Translations under genes and position numbers: made by a program | The notes under the pieces: generated by a model | Told to the model about the DNA's origin: nothing | The model's database searches: none | What the model saw: only the letters and a program-made list of their open reading frames with translations | From: Deltaproteobacteria bacterium | GTDB taxonomy: Bacteria > JAGRBM01 > JAHCIT01 | Length of the DNA: 43,297 nucleotides | Assembly (NCBI GenBank): GCA_026129095.1 | Contig: JAHCIT010000014.1 | Coordinates: 1-43,297, forward strand | Direction of reading: 5' to 3' | Shown here: positions 40,875-43,297 of the stretch, piece after piece | Layout of the letters: the number at the start of each line of letters is the position of its first letter | Numbering within the stretch: the first letter of the stretch is position 1

Positions 40875-41467
40875 CACCCACCCTGCTTTCGGTATAGGAC
40901 TGTCCCGTCACGGAGCAGCCGTTGAACGTCGATATCTCGTGATCTGCGGAATGAAACGACAAAAGTCGCCTGTCCGCTTTTCTCGGCACGGACCACGGCC
41001 ATATAGGTCTTACCGCTGGACCTGATCACAGCTACACGCTCCCCCTTACCATCAGTCGCCTTCTGCCTGACAATAAAGTCGGGGTGTTCACCCAGCTCCG
41101 GTAGAATCCGGTAGTCCTCTATCTTGAGTTCAGGATGCTTCTCGCGCTGCTTCCAAGATATACCACTGTTGATAGCCGCCACACGATGGCGTGCGCCGAT
41201 CGCTTGGGCGGCTTCATCCGACAGGCGGAGCACCGGAAATTCCCCTTTCGGGAACTCCGAATGGAACCAGTCGTCGAAGAGCCGTCCGTTCACCACGTCC
41301 CGGATTGCCACCTGGGCGATCATCGCAGGCGCGCCCTCGAGCTTGTCGGTGAGAAGGCGGTAGGCCGACTCGACGCGCAGCTTGCCGGGATTGGTGTCGA
41401 AGCCCGGGGTCACTCCCCTGGGGACCAGCTCCACGTCGCCGGTCCGCTTGTTCTTCCATTCGGCCAT
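40874..41467 (-). CDS. N-terminally truncated phage MuF-like protein with C-terminal PBECR-like (barnase/RelE-fold) nuclease domain
   Basis: WKNKRTGDVELVPRGVTPGFDTNPGK resembles the end of Mu gpF; KQREKHPELKIEDY...TYMAVVR...FVVSFRR resembles PBECR nucleases (recognised by eye). Confidence 0.7.
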   Translation of the reverse strand: MAEWKNKRTGDVELVPRGVTPGFDTNPGKLRVESAYRLLTDKLEGAPAMIAQVAIRDVVNGRLFDDWFHSEFPKGEFPVLRLSDEAAQAIGARHRVAAINSGISWKQREKHPELKIEDYRILPELGEHPDFIVRQKATDGKGERVAVIRSSGKTYMAVVRAEKSGQATFVVSFRRSRDIDVQRLLRDGTVLYRKQGG

Positions 41468-41556
41468 CGGTGACGGCGGGCGCGCTGTTTTAACGGGAAC
41501 GGAGCGCCGCTGCCGGTGGCCGGTGAGCCGCCCGCCGGGATCGCGGCGAAGCTGGG

Positions 41557-43296
41557 GTGTCAGTTGATCAGGTCCGCGTCGGCTCCGGCGGCGAGGGAAC
41601 TGGAGCAGACGACGGTCCGGAGACAGGTGTCAGTTGATCAGGTCCGCGTCGGCTCCGGCGGCGGCAAAAACAGTTTGCAGCGGCCCCGATCCCGTGGTGT
41701 CAGTTGATCAGGTCCGCGTCGGCTCCGGCGGCCCGTCCTCCGTGGAGGCCCCTGCGTCCAGCTCGACGTGTCAGTTGATCAGGTCCGCGTCGGCTCCGGC
41801 GGCGATCAGTGCCAGCTCGCGGGGGTGCCGTTCTTCTTGTGTCAGTTGATCAGGTCCGCGTCGGCTCCGGCGGCGGGAGTTGATGGTAGTGGCCCCTGTG
41901 CTAGTCGGGTGTGTCAGTTGATCAGGTCCGCGTCGGCTCCGGCGGCATTTCGCCCTTCAGGGTGGCGATCAGCCCGTCGTCGTGTCAGTTGATCAGGTCC
42001 GCGTCGGCTCCGGCGGCACCGGATTCTGATCCCCTTCGACGTGATGAGCCGCCTGTGTCAGTTGATCAGGTCCGCGTCGGCTCCGGCGGCGTCGACGAAG
42101 GAGAACGCCGTCCACGTCCGGGCGTGTCAGTTGATCAGGTCCGCGTCGGCTCCGGCGGCTCTCCCGGCGATGCTGCACGCGATACGGACACAGGGTGTCA
42201 GTTGATCAGGTCCGCGTCGGCTCCGGCGGCGGTCGCCCACCTGATCGCCCACGGGCAGTGGGACCTGGTGTCAGTTGATCAGGTCCGCGTCGGCTCCGGC
42301 GGCCATCCAGTCCTACCAGCGCGGCGCAGACGGGAAAAGTGTCAGTTGATCAGGTCCGCGTCGGCTCCGGCGGCCTCTACCCCTTTCGTCACGGGTATAC
42401 TCGTAACAAGTGTCAGTTGATCAGGTCCGCGTCGGCTCCGGCGGCGGGCGACGAGCGTGCCGCCGCCGGGCCAGTCGGCGTGTCAGTTGATCAGGTCCGC
42501 GTCGGCTCCGGCGGCGACGGTCGAGGAGCGCGTGTAGCATGTATTGGCGGTGTCAGTTGATCAGGTCCGCGTCGGCTCCGGCGGCACTCGCAACTGGTTG
42601 ATCAGATCGGGCGACATGAAGTGTCAGTTGATCAGGTCCGCGTCGGCTCCGGCGGCGCCGGGAAATCGCCAACAAACGGGAAAAACAAATGTGTCAGTTG
42701 ATCAGGTCCGCGTCGGCTCCGGCGGCCATTTCAACCCGCTTGCGCTGTTTAACGACGAGAAGTGTCAGTTGATCAGGTCCGCGTCGGCTCCGGCGGCGGC
42801 GCCCGGCGTCTCCGCCTCGATCTCCAGGGCGTCCGTGTCAGTTGATCAGGTCCGCGTCGGCTCCGGCGGCTGACACTGGAGCAGATGCACGTGGAGCTTT
42901 CCGTCGTGTCAGTTGATCAGGTCCGCGTCGGCTCCGGCGGCCAGGCGGCGCTCTTCGCCGAGATGCTCGACGGCGGGTGTCAGTTGATCAGGTCCGCGTC
43001 GGCTCCGGCGGCGTTAAACAGCGCAAGCGGGTTGAAATGGGCCTGATAGTGTCAGTTGATCAGGTCCGCGTCGGCTCCGGCGGCGCTCCACAGGTGGACG
43101 GTCAACGTAGCCAATAACGTGTCAGTTGATCAGGTCCGCGTCGGCTCCGGCGGCACTCTATTTCCCATTCACGGCTACGCCTTATTATAGTGTCAGTTGA
43201 TCAGGTCCGCGTCGGCTCCGGCGGCTCAAGAGGCTCCAGATTGGCGAAGCGCCGAAGCTGGTGTCAGTTGATCAGGTCCGCGTCGGCTCCGGCGGC
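41557..43296 (-). CRISPR. CRISPR array: 25 identical 36-bp repeats (+ strand GTGTCAGTTGATCAGGTCCGCGTCGGCTCCGGCGGC), 24 spacers of 33-37 bp, truncated by the window end
   Basis: Repeats read directly at 41557, 41627, 41697 ... 43190, 43261 with unique spacers. The minus orientation is inferred only from the ...TGACAC 3' end and is less certain than the array itself. Confidence 0.98.
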
Positions 43297-43297
43297 T

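Larger units (their letters stand above)
36950..43297. mobile_element. Integrated element / prophage remnant at tRNA-Ser (right boundary outside the window)
   Basis: Serine recombinase abutting the tRNA 3' end, switch to minus-strand small phage-like genes, MuF remnant, ASCH gene; no second tRNA 3'-end copy seen. Confidence 0.8.

Noticed and set aside
41482-41495. GCGCTGTTTTAACG resembles part of spacer 17 (possible self-target)
   Set aside because: Only ~13 nt with an indel. No full protospacer was noticed in the window, though an exhaustive search was not possible by eye.
41485-41520. Possible degenerate terminal repeat (…GCGCCGCTGCCGGTGGC, 12/17 match to the repeat end, one spacer length from repeat 1)
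   Set aside because: The match is limited to GC-rich positions, and the same bases read in frame as a plausible MuF continuation. Not fully excluded.
41516-42873. ORFs with repeating VSVDQVRVGSGG / CQLIRSASAPAA peptides
   Set aside because: They are translations of the CRISPR repeats.
41593-42905. Spacers 1 and 19 share ACTGGAGCAGA; spacer 19 starts with TGACAC (reverse complement of the repeat start)
   Set aside because: Short matches in common codon strings (Leu-Glu-Gln); the flanks differ, so this is compatible with chance.

Overview
GC-rich bacterial chromosome segment, most consistent with a deltaproteobacterial (Myxococcota/Desulfobacterota-like) lineage. Positions 1-36.9 kb are mostly housekeeping backbone: groEL 3' end, an AhpD-like gene, a divergent amt / glnB-glnA nitrogen locus, a GT2 glycosyltransferase, two CheW-like genes plus romR-valS-birA-coaX, TPR and SPOR proteins, an orphan MglA-like GTPase, aspS, a three-gene envelope operon (~2200-aa Ca-binding lipoprotein, FadL-like channel, beta-propeller lipoprotein), argS, a second SPOR protein, lepA, lepB and tadA. 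At tRNA-Ser(GGA) (36893-36982) an integrated element begins and runs off the right edge. It carries a large serine recombinase whose ORF ends inside the tRNA, four small genes, operator- and iteron-like repeats, a candidate structured RNA, an ASCH gene coupled to a truncated MuF/nuclease gene, and a CRISPR array of 25 identical 36-bp repeats. No cas genes are in the window. The repeat looks class 2 (type V-like). Its terminal repeat is fused directly to the truncated muF remnant, and two spacers are overlapping reverse complements of one target. All family calls are by motif recognition; no searches were run.
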